This document shows positions 42,293-54,332 of a stretch of 64,000 nucleotides of DNA, in pieces (the stretch's first letter is position 1; each line of letters opens with the position of its first letter). The notes below the pieces were generated by a model. It was not told where the DNA came from and searched no databases. It saw only the letters and a program-made list of their open reading frames with translations. Source of the DNA: Bacillota bacterium. Lineage in GTDB: Bacteria > Bacillota > UBA5301. Location of the stretch: contig JACDOJ010000006.1 in assembly GCA_017656135.1 (NCBI GenBank), forward strand, positions 6,776 to 70,775. Direction: 5' to 3'. Both the position numbers and the translations under genes were made by a program.

Positions 42293-43837
42293 TTATTCCC
42301 ACTCGATGGTTGCCGGGGGTTTGGATGAGATGTCGTAGACAATGCGGTTGACGCCGGCAACCTCATTGAGAATCCGCCGGGAGATCCGATCCAAAACTTC
42401 GTAAGGAATTCTGGCCCAATCGGCTGTCATCCCGTCTTCACTGATCACCGCTCGGATGGCCAGAACCGGAGCATATGTCCGGCTGTCGCCCTGCACGCCG
42501 ACGGACTTAGTATCAGTGAGGACCGCGAAAGACTGCCAGATCTTCCGGTACAGCCCGGCACTGCGGATCTCCTCCCGGATGATGTAATCAGCATCCCGGA
42601 GCAGGTCGCACTTCTCTTTGGTCACCTCGCCGATAATCCTGATGGCCAAACCCGGACCGGGGAAAGGCTGCCGCCAGACAATCTCTTCAGGAAGCCCCAA
42701 TTCCTGGGCGAGAACCCTGACTTCATCCTTGAAAAGGTTTCTGATGGGCTCGAGCAGTTTCAACTTCATGTGTTCCGGCAGACCGCCGACGTTATGATGG
42801 GACTTGATAACTTCCGCTTTGCCCCCACCGCTCTCGATGACATCAGGGTAGGTGGTCCCCTGTACTAGATAACTGATGTCTCCGAGCTTGGCCGCCTCTT
42901 CCTCAAAGACAGCGATAAATTCGTTGCCGATGATCTTCCGTTTCTCTTCTGGATCAGTCACGCCACAGAGTCTGGAAAGAAAGCGTTCCCTAGCATTGAC
43001 GTGAATGAGGTTCATCTGGAACTGATCTCGGAAGGTTTTTTCCACCTGCTCAGGCTCGTATTTACGCATGAAACCGTGATCCACAAAAATGCAGGTAAGC
43101 TGGTCACCGATGGCCTTGTGAACCAGGGCTGCCGCCACTGACGAATCGATTCCGCCACTGAGTGCACAAACCACTTTGGAGTCGCCAACGATCTCCTTGA
43201 TTTCAGCCACCATCGAATCAATGAAGGACTCCATGGTCCAAGTTCCCGAGCAACCGCAGATATCCAGGAGAAAGTTGCGGATCATATCCTTGCCCCAGGG
43301 AGTATGGTGAACCTCGGGGTGAAACTGGACAGCATAAAAGCGGCGGACAGGGTCCCGCATAGCTGCCACTGGGCTGTTCTCGGTAGTAGCGATGACCTCA
43401 AAACCCGGCGGAACCTGAGTAATTAGGTCACCGTGGCTCATCCACGCCTCCAGGAGTCCTTCGGTAAACTCCAAGCCTTTGAAGAGATCCTGGTACTCTT
43501 GGACAAAGAGTTCAGCCCGGCCGTACTCTTGTTTGTGGGCTTTGTCCACGGTGCCCCCGAGCATCTTGGCCATGAGCTGCATGCCGTAGCAAATGCCAAG
43601 AACAGGCAGCCCCAGGTTGAAGATCTCCGGGTCGCATTTGGGAGCGTCAGGATAGTTGACGCTGCTAGGACCGCCGGAGAGAATGATTCCCTTAGGGTCG
43701 TAGGCCTTGATTTCGTCTATGGTAATGTCGTAGGGAACAACTTCACAGTAGACATTACACTCCCTGACCCTCCTGGCTATCAACTGGTTGTACTGGGCGC
43801 CAAAATCCAGCACCAAGACAAGTTCCTGCGGCCGCAT
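42293..43837 (-). CDS. guaA: GMP synthase (glutamine-hydrolysing)
   Basis: [42 protein letters not shown]. Confidence 0.98.
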   Translation of the reverse strand: MRPQELVLVLDFGAQYNQLIARRVRECNVYCEVVPYDITIDEIKAYDPKGIILSGGPSSVNYPDAPKCDPEIFNLGLPVLGICYGMQLMAKMLGGTVDKAHKQEYGRAELFVQEYQDLFKGLEFTEGLLEAWMSHGDLITQVPPGFEVIATTENSPVAAMRDPVRRFYAVQFHPEVHHTPWGKDMIRNFLLDICGCSGTWTMESFIDSMVAEIKEIVGDSKVVCALSGGIDSSVAAALVHKAIGDQLTCIFVDHGFMRKYEPEQVEKTFRDQFQMNLIHVNARERFLSRLCGVTDPEEKRKIIGNEFIAVFEEEAAKLGDISYLVQGTTYPDVIESGGGKAEVIKSHHNVGGLPEHMKLKLLEPIRNLFKDEVRVLAQELGLPEEIVWRQPFPGPGLAIRIIGEVTKEKCDLLRDADYIIREEIRSAGLYRKIWQSFAVLTDTKSVGVQGDSRTYAPVLAIRAVISEDGMTADWARIPYEVLDRISRRILNEVAGVNRIVYDISSKPPATIEWE

Positions 43838-44383
43838 CTACTTCACCAACTCCGGTTTCAAGATGCCAATATAGGGAAGATTGCGGTAGCGTTCGGCATA
43901 GTCTAAGCCATAACCGACGACAAATTTGTCAGGTATGCTGAAACCTTTGTAATCCACCTGGACTTCCACCTGGCGGCGTTCCGGCTTGTCCAGAAAGGTG
44001 CAGACCTTAAGAGAGGCTGGCCGGCGAGACTTCAGGTTTTGCACCAGGTAATTCAGGGTAAGACCGCTGTCAACGATATCCTCAACGATCAGCACGTTTT
44101 TGCCCTCAAGGCTCTGCTCCAAATCTTTGAGGATCCGGACGACTCCTGAAGACTCCATGGCATCACCGTAGCTGGAGACGGCCATGAAATCCAGTTTCAC
44201 CTTCAAATCGATGCTACGAAGCAGGTCGGCTAAAAAAACAATGGCCCCTTTGAGAATGCCGACGACCAGGAGATCCTTTCCTTCGTAATCACGGGTTATC
44301 TCAGCTCCTAATTCCCGAACCCGTGCCTGGATCTGCTCTTCCTCAAAGAGAACCTCAGCCATGTCATTGCGCAGTCTATCCAT
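43838..44383 (-). CDS. hpt: Hypoxanthine phosphoribosyltransferase
   Basis: ILKGA..F, VEDIVDSGLTL, FVVGYGLDY.E.YRNLP. Confidence 0.96.
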   Translation of the reverse strand: MDRLRNDMAEVLFEEEQIQARVRELGAEITRDYEGKDLLVVGILKGAIVFLADLLRSIDLKVKLDFMAVSSYGDAMESSGVVRILKDLEQSLEGKNVLIVEDIVDSGLTLNYLVQNLKSRRPASLKVCTFLDKPERRQVEVQVDYKGFSIPDKFVVGYGLDYAERYRNLPYIGILKPELVK

Positions 44384-44586
44384 ACAGTCATCCCTCCCAT
44401 CCCTTAGTGTTTTCCATTCGTACTCATATATGTCGGATAATAACATAATTGGTTCACAAATTCAATACAAGGGTAGGGTCAGGTCCAGCAACCTCCAATT
44501 AGGCTAAATGGCTGTATTACAGCTACCTGATTTCCTCACTTAACTTTGACTCAGAGTAGGCACCACCGCCAAAGTCCTGAAGACAT

Positions 44587-44623
44587 AAAAACAGAGGTGC
44601 AGGGAGATCCCCTGCACCTCTGT
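44587..44623 (-). terminator. groEL terminator
   Basis: ACAGAGGTGCAGGG inverted repeat with U-tract on the minus strand. Confidence 0.88.
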
Positions 44624-44643
44624 AAGGGGACGTTTTATTTAGC

Positions 44644-46281
<1,638 letters not shown>

Positions 46282-46296
46282 CTATATGGTAATGGT

Positions 46297-46578
46297 TTAT
46301 AAAGTAGCTAAAATATCGCTTTCTCTCAGGATGAGGTACTCCTCGCCGTCCAGCTTGATCTCGGTACCGGCGTACTTAGCAAATACCACGGTATCCCCTT
46401 CCTTGACGGTCATCGGAACGAGGTTACCGTTCTCGTACTTGCCGGGACCTACAGCCAAGACTTTGCCCTGCTGGGGTTTTTCTTTGGCGGTATCAGGCAA
46501 GACGATACCACTTTTGGTCTTCTCTTCACTCTCCAAGACTTGGACGACAACCCTATCAGCCAGTGGTTTAATCTTCAT
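46297..46578 (-). CDS. groS: Co-chaperonin GroES
   Basis: IKPL.DRV, GIVLPD.AKEKP, KYAGTE. Confidence 0.98.
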   Translation of the reverse strand: MKIKPLADRVVVQVLESEEKTKSGIVLPDTAKEKPQQGKVLAVGPGKYENGNLVPMTVKEGDTVVFAKYAGTEIKLDGEEYLILRESDILATL

Positions 46579-46620
46579 AGACTTACCTCCTTAATTTTAT
46601 GCTCCTCTTTTGCTTTGTTG

Positions 46621-46647
46621 TTAGCACTCACCTCAAGCGAGTGCTAA
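46621..46647. promoter_or_regulatory. CIRCE element (HrcA operator)
   Basis: Exact TTAGCACTC-N9-GAGTGCTAA. SigA promoter TTGCCA-17-TATCAT at 46661-46689 just upstream. Confidence 0.97.
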
Positions 46648-47002
46648 TTACACAATTCATATGATATGAAACGCTACCATCCATGGCAAGTCATCCCTAT
46701 CCCGGAAAATCGGTGATTTTTGCAGTTGGCTCAAACTATCTCCCCATTTCTTTCATTATCTAGTAATCTTTCCAAAACAGCATTCTCACCTTGACTTGAA
46801 AATATGCACCAACATTATCTTGTCTTGGAAATGATGGTGGGAATAAACAGGGATAAGAAACATAAGGGTTCTACCGGGCGAAGGTAATGGCCCTGCCGTA
46901 TCACATATATGCCTTGGTCACAGCCGGGACATTTCCACACCAACAGATACCTCTGGCTTACGGTCTTACTGAAGCTGGTATTACTCATTATACTAGCGAA
47001 AC

Positions 47003-47671
47003 TCACCTGGATAGAAATTCGGCGAGTATCTTCATCCCGGAAGAGGTGCCAATCCGATTGGCCCCGGCTTCCACCATTTTCTCCAGGGTTTCCAGGTCTC
47101 GAATGCCGCCGGAGGCCTTAACGCCCATCTGGGAACCGACGACCTCCCGCATCAGGCGGACATCCTCCACAGTGGCTCCTCCCTTGGCGAAGCCCGTGGA
47201 GGTCTTGACAAAGGCCGCCCCCGCCTCCTTGGCCAGCTGGCAGGCGGTAATTTTCTCCTCCTGAGTAAGCAAAGCTGTTTCAATGATTATCTTCACCGGA
47301 GTGTTCCAGACGGCCTTGACTATCCGCCGGATCTCACCGGCGACGTAGTCATGGTCTCCTGCTTTCAGCCTGCCTATATTGATAACCATGTCCAGCTCGC
47401 CGGCACCGGCCTCCACTGCCTGGACCGCCTCGTGGAGTTTGGTGTCACTAGTGGTGGCCCCCAGGGGAAAACCGATCACCGTAGCCACGACCACTTCCGT
47501 CCCGGATAGCTCCTTTACCGCCAACTCCACAAAACTTGGGTTGATGCAGACCGCCTGAAAACCATGTTCCGCAGCTTCCCGGCACAACTGGACTACCTGG
47601 TCCACAGTGGCCTCAGGTTTCAGCAGGGTGTGGTCAATGTACTTGACGAGTTCCTCTTTACTCTGAATCAT
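47003..47671 (-). CDS. deoC: Deoxyribose-phosphate aldolase
   Basis: IDHTLLKP, GFPLGA, ELDMV, FVKTSTGF, KASGGIR, RIGTS. Confidence 0.96.
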   Translation of the reverse strand: MIQSKEELVKYIDHTLLKPEATVDQVVQLCREAAEHGFQAVCINPSFVELAVKELSGTEVVVATVIGFPLGATTSDTKLHEAVQAVEAGAGELDMVINIGRLKAGDHDYVAGEIRRIVKAVWNTPVKIIIETALLTQEEKITACQLAKEAGAAFVKTSTGFAKGGATVEDVRLMREVVGSQMGVKASGGIRDLETLEKMVEAGANRIGTSSGMKILAEFLSR

Positions 47672-49586
47672 ATAGCTCCTCCCCCATCTGCCGGGCATCA
47701 TAGCCGGGCAGTGAATTAATCAAATCCTGGAACACCGGGTCCCTAAGTACCTCTAAAACCCTCTGCACCTTGGGTGTATCCAGGAACTCCTCCCTAATGA
47801 TCAGGTCATAGCGCTCTTCTGCCACGGGAATGAAGTCCAGGCCCAAGTTTTGGGCGGCGGCCTGAATGCCCAGTCCCACATCGGCGACACCGGCGGAGAC
47901 CGCCACCGCCACTCCGGTATGGGTGAACTCCTCCCGTTCGTATCCTTTAACCTCTCCAGGGTCGATTTCCAGCTCCGCCAGTTTGCTGTCTAAGAGGATC
48001 CTGGTCCCGGCACCCCGTTGGCGGTTGACTATGGTGACATCAGCCCGCTTAAGGTCCTCAAAAGAGGTAATCCCCTTGGGGTTACCCGGTGGAACGATGA
48101 ATCCCTGCATCCGGTAGACGAGGTTGAAGACCCTCACCGGGAGATTGGCCAGGTATTTGCGGATAAATGGCCAGTTGTACTCGCCGGTCTCGGGGTCCAG
48201 GAGGTGAGCACCGGCCAGGTGAGCTTCTCCCTTAGCCAGGGTCAGCAGCCCACCGAGGCTGCCGATGGGAGCCACTGTGAGCCGAGCATCACCAAACCTG
48301 CCTCGCAAGTAGCTGTCCAGCTCATCAAGGACCAGGTCGTGGCTACCGGCCAGTACAATGGTCTGGGCAATCTCTTCCGGCTTGCGGAAGAGCTCCACCT
48401 TGACCTGAGCTCCCGCGGGATAGCCTTGGCTTAACCTAGGAACCCGCAACATACCGTCGGCATGAACCATCGACATAATCAAACCGGCTCCCCGGGCAAT
48501 GGGGGTGGCCAAAACCTTATCTCCCACCTGCCCTAGTCTCACCCGGACGAACTCCTCGGCTCCGGGATTGGAAACCACCCGCTGGGTCAGCTGGGCATCC
48601 ATGGTGGGGTAACCAGGAGGATTCCAGCCCTGAAGAGCACCGACAGCGGCCTTCAGAAAAAGCTCGGCAGCAACGATGGCCGAAACCGGGTACCCAGGCA
48701 GGCCAATCACCGGTTTGTCCTGGATCATCCCGAGCATCACCGGTTTGCCTGGTTTGATGGCGGCGCCGTGGGCCAAGAGTTCCCCTAGTCTCTCGATGGT
48801 GTCGGCGGTGTAGTCCTTGGAACCGGCGGAAGAACCGGCATTGATGACCACCAAATCGTTCTCGGCTACCGCTTTGGTGAGAGCCGCAGCGATTAAATCA
48901 GGGTCATCCTCAACCACCGGATAGACTGTGGTTTCACACCCCCACTGGCGCAGTAGGCCCTTGATGACGTGAGAGTTAAACTCCACAATCTCCCCCGGCT
49001 CCAGTTCCGTTTTCTCCAGGCACTGGGTCAGGTCTGTTATCTCCGAACCCGAGGGAATGAAACCGACTCTGGGAACAGCTTTCACCTGCACCTGAAGAAC
49101 TCCGGAAGCGAGGAGCGCCCCGATGTCGGCTGGGCCGATTTTATGGTTCGGGGGCAGAATCATTTCCCCTTTAACAATATCCTCACCTACTGGGCGCACA
49201 TTCTCCCAAGGTGCCACCGCTTTGATGATCTCATAACCTTCTGAGGTCTCGTGGACATCTTCGATCATCACCACAGCGTCCTTGCCGTGGGGTAGAGGGT
49301 TTCCGGTATTTACAGGGATAGCGGCCTTAAAAGGCAGGGTGATGGGTGTGGCCTCGGAAGCGCCGAAGGTGTCTTCTGAACGCACTGCAATCCCGTCCAT
49401 AGCCGAGGCGTGGTAGTGGGGGGAGTTGATTTTGGCTCGCACCGGCTCAGCGGTGATGCGGCCCAAGGCGTCGGCCACCGGCACGGTTTCCGTGGCCAGT
49501 TTAACCTTGGAGGCCTTAATGCGCTGAACAAACAGTTGCTGCAATTCCTCCCAGGGTTTTTGGTTCAAATATACCCGGCGCGTCAT
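47658..49586 (-). CDS. moeA: MoeA fused to a PBP/LysR substrate-binding domain
   Basis: SAMDG.AV, KPGKP, GLPGYP.S, followed by GSHD, GS.GGL, NRQ.GAGTR. Confidence 0.9.
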   Translation of the reverse strand: MTRRVYLNQKPWEELQQLFVQRIKASKVKLATETVPVADALGRITAEPVRAKINSPHYHASAMDGIAVRSEDTFGASEATPITLPFKAAIPVNTGNPLPHGKDAVVMIEDVHETSEGYEIIKAVAPWENVRPVGEDIVKGEMILPPNHKIGPADIGALLASGVLQVQVKAVPRVGFIPSGSEITDLTQCLEKTELEPGEIVEFNSHVIKGLLRQWGCETTVYPVVEDDPDLIAAALTKAVAENDLVVINAGSSAGSKDYTADTIERLGELLAHGAAIKPGKPVMLGMIQDKPVIGLPGYPVSAIVAAELFLKAAVGALQGWNPPGYPTMDAQLTQRVVSNPGAEEFVRVRLGQVGDKVLATPIARGAGLIMSMVHADGMLRVPRLSQGYPAGAQVKVELFRKPEEIAQTIVLAGSHDLVLDELDSYLRGRFGDARLTVAPIGSLGGLLTLAKGEAHLAGAHLLDPETGEYNWPFIRKYLANLPVRVFNLVYRMQGFIVPPGNPKGITSFEDLKRADVTIVNRQRGAGTRILLDSKLAELEIDPGEVKGYEREEFTHTGVAVAVSAGVADVGLGIQAAAQNLGLDFIPVAEERYDLIIREEFLDTPKVQRVLEVLRDPVFQDLINSLPGYDARQMGEELYDSE

Positions 49587-50842
49587 CGCAATCCTCCTTC
49601 ATCCCAAGGTAAGATTTCAACCAGTTCGCCGGCTTTGACTCCCTCTGAGCCCAGGGGAATTACCGCTATGGCTTGACCCTTGAGGAGCGTGGAAACCATC
49701 CCCGACTTGCCCAAAACTGGCTGAGCCCAGAACTTCCCCTCCTGCTCCTCAATCCTAACCCGCACATACTCCTCCCGGCCGGCCGGGGAGGAGAGGCTTC
49801 TGGTGATGGGCAGTCGGATAAATCTTCGGGTCAGGTAGTTCTTTTCCCCCTGCAGGTACCGCACCAAAGGCTCTACCAGCACTTTGTAAACCACCAGAGC
49901 ACTGGCAGGGTGGCCTGGCAAGCCGATGATCGGCACTTTTCCCGCCATACCGGCCAAGGTGGGTTTGCCCGGTTTTATGGTCACCCCGTGAAAAAGGAGA
50001 CCAGGAGGGCCCATCCGCTCTATGACATCCACCGTGTGGTCCCGCATGCCCACAGAGCTTCCCCCAGATAAGAGCACCAGGTCGCAAGACTGAACCAACT
50101 GCTCTACAGCTGCCACCAGCCGGTCAAAGTCGTCGAGGATGATCCCGCCAAATTCCGTTTCACAGCCTAATCTCACCAGATGGCCGGCTAAAGCGTAGGA
50201 GTTGACATCCCGGATTTGCCCCGGTGCCAGCGGCCGGGTCTCGATAGGTACGATTTCATCGCCGGTGGAGAGGAGCCCCACCTTCAACCGGCGGTAAACC
50301 GGGATCCTGCTGATCCCGCAGGCAGCCAAAGCCCCCATATCCTGAGGCCTGATCCGGTGACCTTGGGCCACAATTACCTCTCCCTGAGCTAAGTCCTCGT
50401 CAGGGGCGACCATGTTCTCTCCGGGAGAAACCCCTTGGTAGACCTGTAACAGGTCCCCGGTACGCTCCACGTACTCCACCATGACGACGCTGTCGGCACC
50501 CTCTGGAAGCATGCCGCCGGTAGGCACCTCCACAGCCTCTCCAGGTTTGAGAGAGAGATTATTGACCTCACCCATGCCGACCTTCCCCATCACAGTCAAA
50601 AGGCCAGGAATACTCTGGGAAGACCCGAAGGTATCCTTGGCCCTAACTGCATAACCATCAACTGTGGAGCGGGGAAAGCCAGGGATGTCCTCTTCGGAGG
50701 TGATGTCACCGGAGGTCACCCGTCCTAGGACCTCCAGCAAAGGAAGCTCAACTTGGTCCTGAACGGGGCTGGCTGCAGCGATCAGCTTGTTTATGGCATC
50801 ATCCACCGTAATGAGGTCATACAACTCCCTGAACCCACTCAT
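49583..50842 (-). CDS. moeA: Molybdopterin (Mo/W) insertase MoeA
   Basis: RSTVDGYAV, TGG.LP.GAD.VVMVE, STGDE, SGGSS.G.RD, KPGKPT, GLPGHP.S. Confidence 0.92.
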   Translation of the reverse strand: MSGFRELYDLITVDDAINKLIAAASPVQDQVELPLLEVLGRVTSGDITSEEDIPGFPRSTVDGYAVRAKDTFGSSQSIPGLLTVMGKVGMGEVNNLSLKPGEAVEVPTGGMLPEGADSVVMVEYVERTGDLLQVYQGVSPGENMVAPDEDLAQGEVIVAQGHRIRPQDMGALAACGISRIPVYRRLKVGLLSTGDEIVPIETRPLAPGQIRDVNSYALAGHLVRLGCETEFGGIILDDFDRLVAAVEQLVQSCDLVLLSGGSSVGMRDHTVDVIERMGPPGLLFHGVTIKPGKPTLAGMAGKVPIIGLPGHPASALVVYKVLVEPLVRYLQGEKNYLTRRFIRLPITRSLSSPAGREEYVRVRIEEQEGKFWAQPVLGKSGMVSTLLKGQAIAVIPLGSEGVKAGELVEILPWDEGGLR

Positions 50843-50855
50843 TGCACAACGCCCT

Positions 50856-51038
50856 TTACTTGAAGCAGCCCAGCTGACAGCCGGCTATTTTGATTTCCAA
50901 TTCGTTGGCCACATCGCCCACTTTCCGGGGTGGAATATTCAGTTCATCAGCGATTTTAAAAGCAACTTTGCAGGCTAGTTTGCCGTTTTTGGCGTTCTCC
51001 AAGACTTTTTCTTTGATCTTATCGTAATCAACAGTCAT
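50856..51038 (-). CDS. Small Cys-containing hypothetical protein
   Basis: GAGGAGGA RBS; L.C..AF.IA..L...VG..AN...IKI..CQLGCF pattern. Confidence 0.75.
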   Translation of the reverse strand: MTVDYDKIKEKVLENAKNGKLACKVAFKIADELNIPPRKVGDVANELEIKIAGCQLGCFK

Positions 51039-51062
51039 CTCTGTTCCTCCTCAGACCAGTAT

Positions 51063-52046
51063 TTACATATTTATAGCCATGGATACCGTCCCGGACCAGG
51101 CCGGTTCCTGGTAGTTGGCGGCGAAATTCACACTGAAAGCACCTAATCGCAGGCTGAACCCGCCGGTATAGACCAGCTCCTTCTCCGGCTCAATTATACC
51201 ACCTACCCGAATAGTGAAGAGCTTCCAAAAATCCTTGGCCAGCCCCAAATGATACCGGCGCAATTTCTTTTGGTCCCACTCCCAGTCAAAGGCGGCTCTA
51301 AAAGAGGGCCTGTCCCAGGCCAGGCCGGCCTGAAACCTGGGCTCTGTACTCTGAAGGGAAACCAGAGAGTGGGATTCATCCCACTGGAAGTTGCCGAGAA
51401 CATTCCAAGCGGTAATGCCGAGCCACAGTGAATCGGTCAAATCGAACTGGGCGCCCAGATCCAGGGACTGCCCCTGACCGCTGTAAACCTGCTGGGAGAA
51501 GAGATCCACAGAGGTTCCCTCCTCCGGGAGGCCGGCGGTGTACTCATGGCCGCTGAAGTAGTTCAAGGTACCGCCAAGGGCAAGGGTACGGGATCCCAGC
51601 GGTATCGGTGCGGCCATGCTAATCTTCGAGTTGTAGATAACTAGCGCCTCTGCCCTGCCGGGCTCACCCTCCGCCGGAGATGCGTCCAGAGCGGCTTTGC
51701 CCAGCATGTTGATGGCAAACCGAGGGGTTGCAAAACCCACAATCCCACCGGCCGCTGCCTTTAGACCCTCGCCGGGCTGATCTCCTCCCTGAAAGTAATC
51801 GGTCCACTTCGTAAGCTGGGAGGGGTTATCCGTGAAAAAAGCAAGGTTAGGAGCGATTGAAAACTTGTTGATCCTGGCCAGCCCGGCCGGATTCCAGTAG
51901 GCAGCGTAGACGTCTTTGGTCAGAGCCACCCCAGCCCCACCCATGCCGGCCAGGGCCGTACCGAATACCGGTTCTCCTGCTAGGGCGCTTCCAGAGATGC
52001 AGAAAAGAAAGACGAGAACGATGACAAGTACCTCTTTGGCCTCCAT
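51063..52046 (-). CDS. Outer-membrane beta-barrel protein (FadL/TraF/PorV-like N-terminus)
   Basis: Signal peptide, ALAGMGGAGVAL..D..AAYWNPAGL, alternating beta-strand pattern. Confidence 0.65.
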   Translation of the reverse strand: MEAKEVLVIVLVFLFCISGSALAGEPVFGTALAGMGGAGVALTKDVYAAYWNPAGLARINKFSIAPNLAFFTDNPSQLTKWTDYFQGGDQPGEGLKAAAGGIVGFATPRFAINMLGKAALDASPAEGEPGRAEALVIYNSKISMAAPIPLGSRTLALGGTLNYFSGHEYTAGLPEEGTSVDLFSQQVYSGQGQSLDLGAQFDLTDSLWLGITAWNVLGNFQWDESHSLVSLQSTEPRFQAGLAWDRPSFRAAFDWEWDQKKLRRYHLGLAKDFWKLFTIRVGGIIEPEKELVYTGGFSLRLGAFSVNFAANYQEPAWSGTVSMAINM

Positions 52047-52083
52047 GACTACCTCACCTTTTGTTTTGACCTGACCTAGTGGC

Positions 52084-52112
52084 GATTCGACGCAAGACGA
52101 ACAGAATCCTGT
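52084..52112 (-). promoter_or_regulatory. SigH-type promoter
   Basis: ACAGGATTC...GTCGAATC (AGGA-18 nt-GAAT). Confidence 0.6.
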
Positions 52113-52128
52113 ACAAACTTAGGAAAAC

Positions 52129-53166
52129 CTAAACCCCAGAAAAGCGTAGGTCAGGAATGGCATTTAAGGACATCTCCGACCGCTCGCCAGCCATGAGTCG
52201 ATAGTAACCGGCAGAGGCGATCATGGCGGCATTATCGGTGGTGTACTTCAATGGAGGAGCGAAAAACTGGGCACCTCGCTCTTTGGCGACAGCTTCAAGT
52301 CTCTCCCTAAGGGCCATATTGGCGGAAACCCCACCGGAGAGGGCAATCTGCTTGATGCCGGTCCGCTCCATGGCCAGCACGGTCTTCTCGACCAACGAGT
52401 CGATGATGGCAGCTTGAAAAGAAGCGGCTATATCCGCAACCTCATCTTGGGACAAGGAAGCGGCACCCGTCTTCTGCCGGCGCTGGTTGAGGTGGTTCAA
52501 GACCGCCGTCTTCAGGCCGCTAAAGCTGAAATCCAGCGTGTCCTCTCCTTGTAGGGCCCGGGGGAAACTGAAAGCCTCAGGATCGCCCCGGCGCGCCGCT
52601 TTTTCAATTTCCGGTCCGCCGGGATAACCCAGCCCCAACACCCGGGCTACCTTGTCAAAGGCTTCACCGGCTGCATCATCTCTGGTGTTGCCTAAAACCT
52701 CATATCGACCAGGTTCGTGGATGACCAACAGGGCCGTGTGGCCGCCGGAGACCGTCAAACAGAGGAAAGGAGGCACCAACTCCGGGAAGGCCAGGAAATT
52801 GGCGTAGATGTGCCCCTCAATGTGGTTGATCCCGATGAGGGGAACTTTCAGGGCAAAGGCCAAAGCTTTGGCCACTGAAACACCTACCAGCAGACTGCCG
52901 ACTAAGCCCGGTCCATAGGTCACTGCCACCCCGGCCACTTCCCTGAGACTGACCCCGGCAGTTCTAACGGCCTCATCGACAACGGGCAGAACCCGTTCCA
53001 GGTGGTTTCTGGAGGCCACCTCGGGAACGACCCCGCCGTACTTCTGGTGAATCTGGACCTGAGAGGAGATCACATTGGAGAGAACCTCCCGGCCGTTTTT
53101 GACCACAGCAGCCGCGGTTTCATCACAACTTGATTCAATTCCCAAAACCAGCTCAAACTGTTCCAC
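52129..53166 (-). CDS. tsaD: tRNA t6A synthesis protein TsaD
   Basis: GIESSCDET, GGVVPE.ASR.H, H.EGH, SGGHT, DDAAGEAFDK, TDNAAMI. Confidence 0.97.
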   Translation of the reverse strand: MEQFELVLGIESSCDETAAAVVKNGREVLSNVISSQVQIHQKYGGVVPEVASRNHLERVLPVVDEAVRTAGVSLREVAGVAVTYGPGLVGSLLVGVSVAKALAFALKVPLIGINHIEGHIYANFLAFPELVPPFLCLTVSGGHTALLVIHEPGRYEVLGNTRDDAAGEAFDKVARVLGLGYPGGPEIEKAARRGDPEAFSFPRALQGEDTLDFSFSGLKTAVLNHLNQRRQKTGAASLSQDEVADIAASFQAAIIDSLVEKTVLAMERTGIKQIALSGGVSANMALRERLEAVAKERGAQFFAPPLKYTTDNAAMIASAGYYRLMAGERSEMSLNAIPDLRFSGV

Positions 53167-53176
53167 AGCCCCGCTC

Positions 53177-53644
53177 CTAACGGATGTCTTTCCACATGAT
53201 GATGGCATCCTCGTTGTTATCCCGGTAGTATTTTGGCCTGATGCCGGCGGAAACGTAGCCTTCGCTCAAGTAGAGAGAGTAAGCCACGTGGTTAGACTTG
53301 CGGACCTCCAGGGTCATCTTGGTCGCTCCTCTGGACTCGGCCACCGCGGTCAGCCTGCGCAGCAAGCGGCGACCGATTCCCCTGCCCCTTTCCTTGGGGT
53401 CCACCGCTAAAGTGGTGATATGGCCTTCATCGAAGATGAGCCACATACCGGTATAGCCTACCACCCGGCCGTTCCGCTTGGCGACAATGTAAACCGCTTT
53501 ATCGTTCTCCAGAAGTTCCGAGAGATAAGCCAGGCGAGACCAGGGGGTGGGAAAAGACTTTCGCTCAATCTCGATGACTTCCGGGATATCGCTAACCTGC
53601 ATAAAATCGTATTCTAAATCATCGTCCCAGGTTTTGGCCTGCAT
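53177..53644 (-). CDS. rimI: Ribosomal protein alanine N-acetyltransferase
   Basis: GNAT RGRGIG, TLEVR.SN, R..YY.DN.EDA.IM. Confidence 0.92.
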   Translation of the reverse strand: MQAKTWDDDLEYDFMQVSDIPEVIEIERKSFPTPWSRLAYLSELLENDKAVYIVAKRNGRVVGYTGMWLIFDEGHITTLAVDPKERGRGIGRRLLRRLTAVAESRGATKMTLEVRKSNHVAYSLYLSEGYVSAGIRPKYYRDNNEDAIIMWKDIR

Positions 53645-53660
53645 AACTCTTCAGCTCCTG

Positions 53661-54332
53661 CTATTTCACGTAGGGGCGCCGCAAGTACAAAGGTTTGAGC
53701 GCAAAGACGCTGACCGCATCGCCTATTCGCGCCTCGGCCAAAAGACCCAGGCGGCCGGCCTGAGGATAGGCGAGCCCGCTGGGAACAATACTGGCTCTAT
53801 CCCCGAAGAGTTCCTCCAAAGTCTCCTGGTGTAAGAGGGCACCGGGGCCCACGAAGGTAACCGGCTCCCCCTGTACCTTCTGGGGTAGGCTGGTCAGCTT
53901 CTCCACTGCCGGCTCCTCCTGTTGAATTAGATAAGGAGGCCTGGGCTTGGTGCGGTAGATTCCGCAGTAAACCTCGTTCCGCCTGGCATCCAGCAGGGAA
54001 ACAACAACTCCCGGCGCCGGCCAAACCGCCATAGCCAAGGTATCCAGGGTAGGTATCCCCACCACCGGCAAATTCAGAGCGTACCCAATGCCCATGGCCG
54101 TCCCCAAAGCAATCCTGATGCCCGTGTACGAACCGGGGCCTGTTCCCACGGCCAAAGCATCCAGCTGCTCCAAGTTTAGGCCGCTGGCAGCCACAACCTC
54201 TTCTACCGCCGGCATCAAGTGCTCTGAGTGGGTTCTCTGGACACTCAGAGTCAACTCTGCCTTTACCTCCCCACCGGAAAGCACAGCCACGCTCCCGACC
54301 GGAGTTGAACTGTCAAAAGCCAATAAATTCAC
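53661..54332 (-). CDS. tsaB: tRNA t6A synthesis protein TsaB
   Basis: HSE.L.P, GPGSYTG.RI, DARR.EVY, P.YLR. Confidence 0.95.
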   Translation of the reverse strand: MNLLAFDSSTPVGSVAVLSGGEVKAELTLSVQRTHSEHLMPAVEEVVAASGLNLEQLDALAVGTGPGSYTGIRIALGTAMGIGYALNLPVVGIPTLDTLAMAVWPAPGVVVSLLDARRNEVYCGIYRTKPRPPYLIQQEEPAVEKLTSLPQKVQGEPVTFVGPGALLHQETLEELFGDRASIVPSGLAYPQAGRLGLLAEARIGDAVSVFALKPLYLRRPYVK

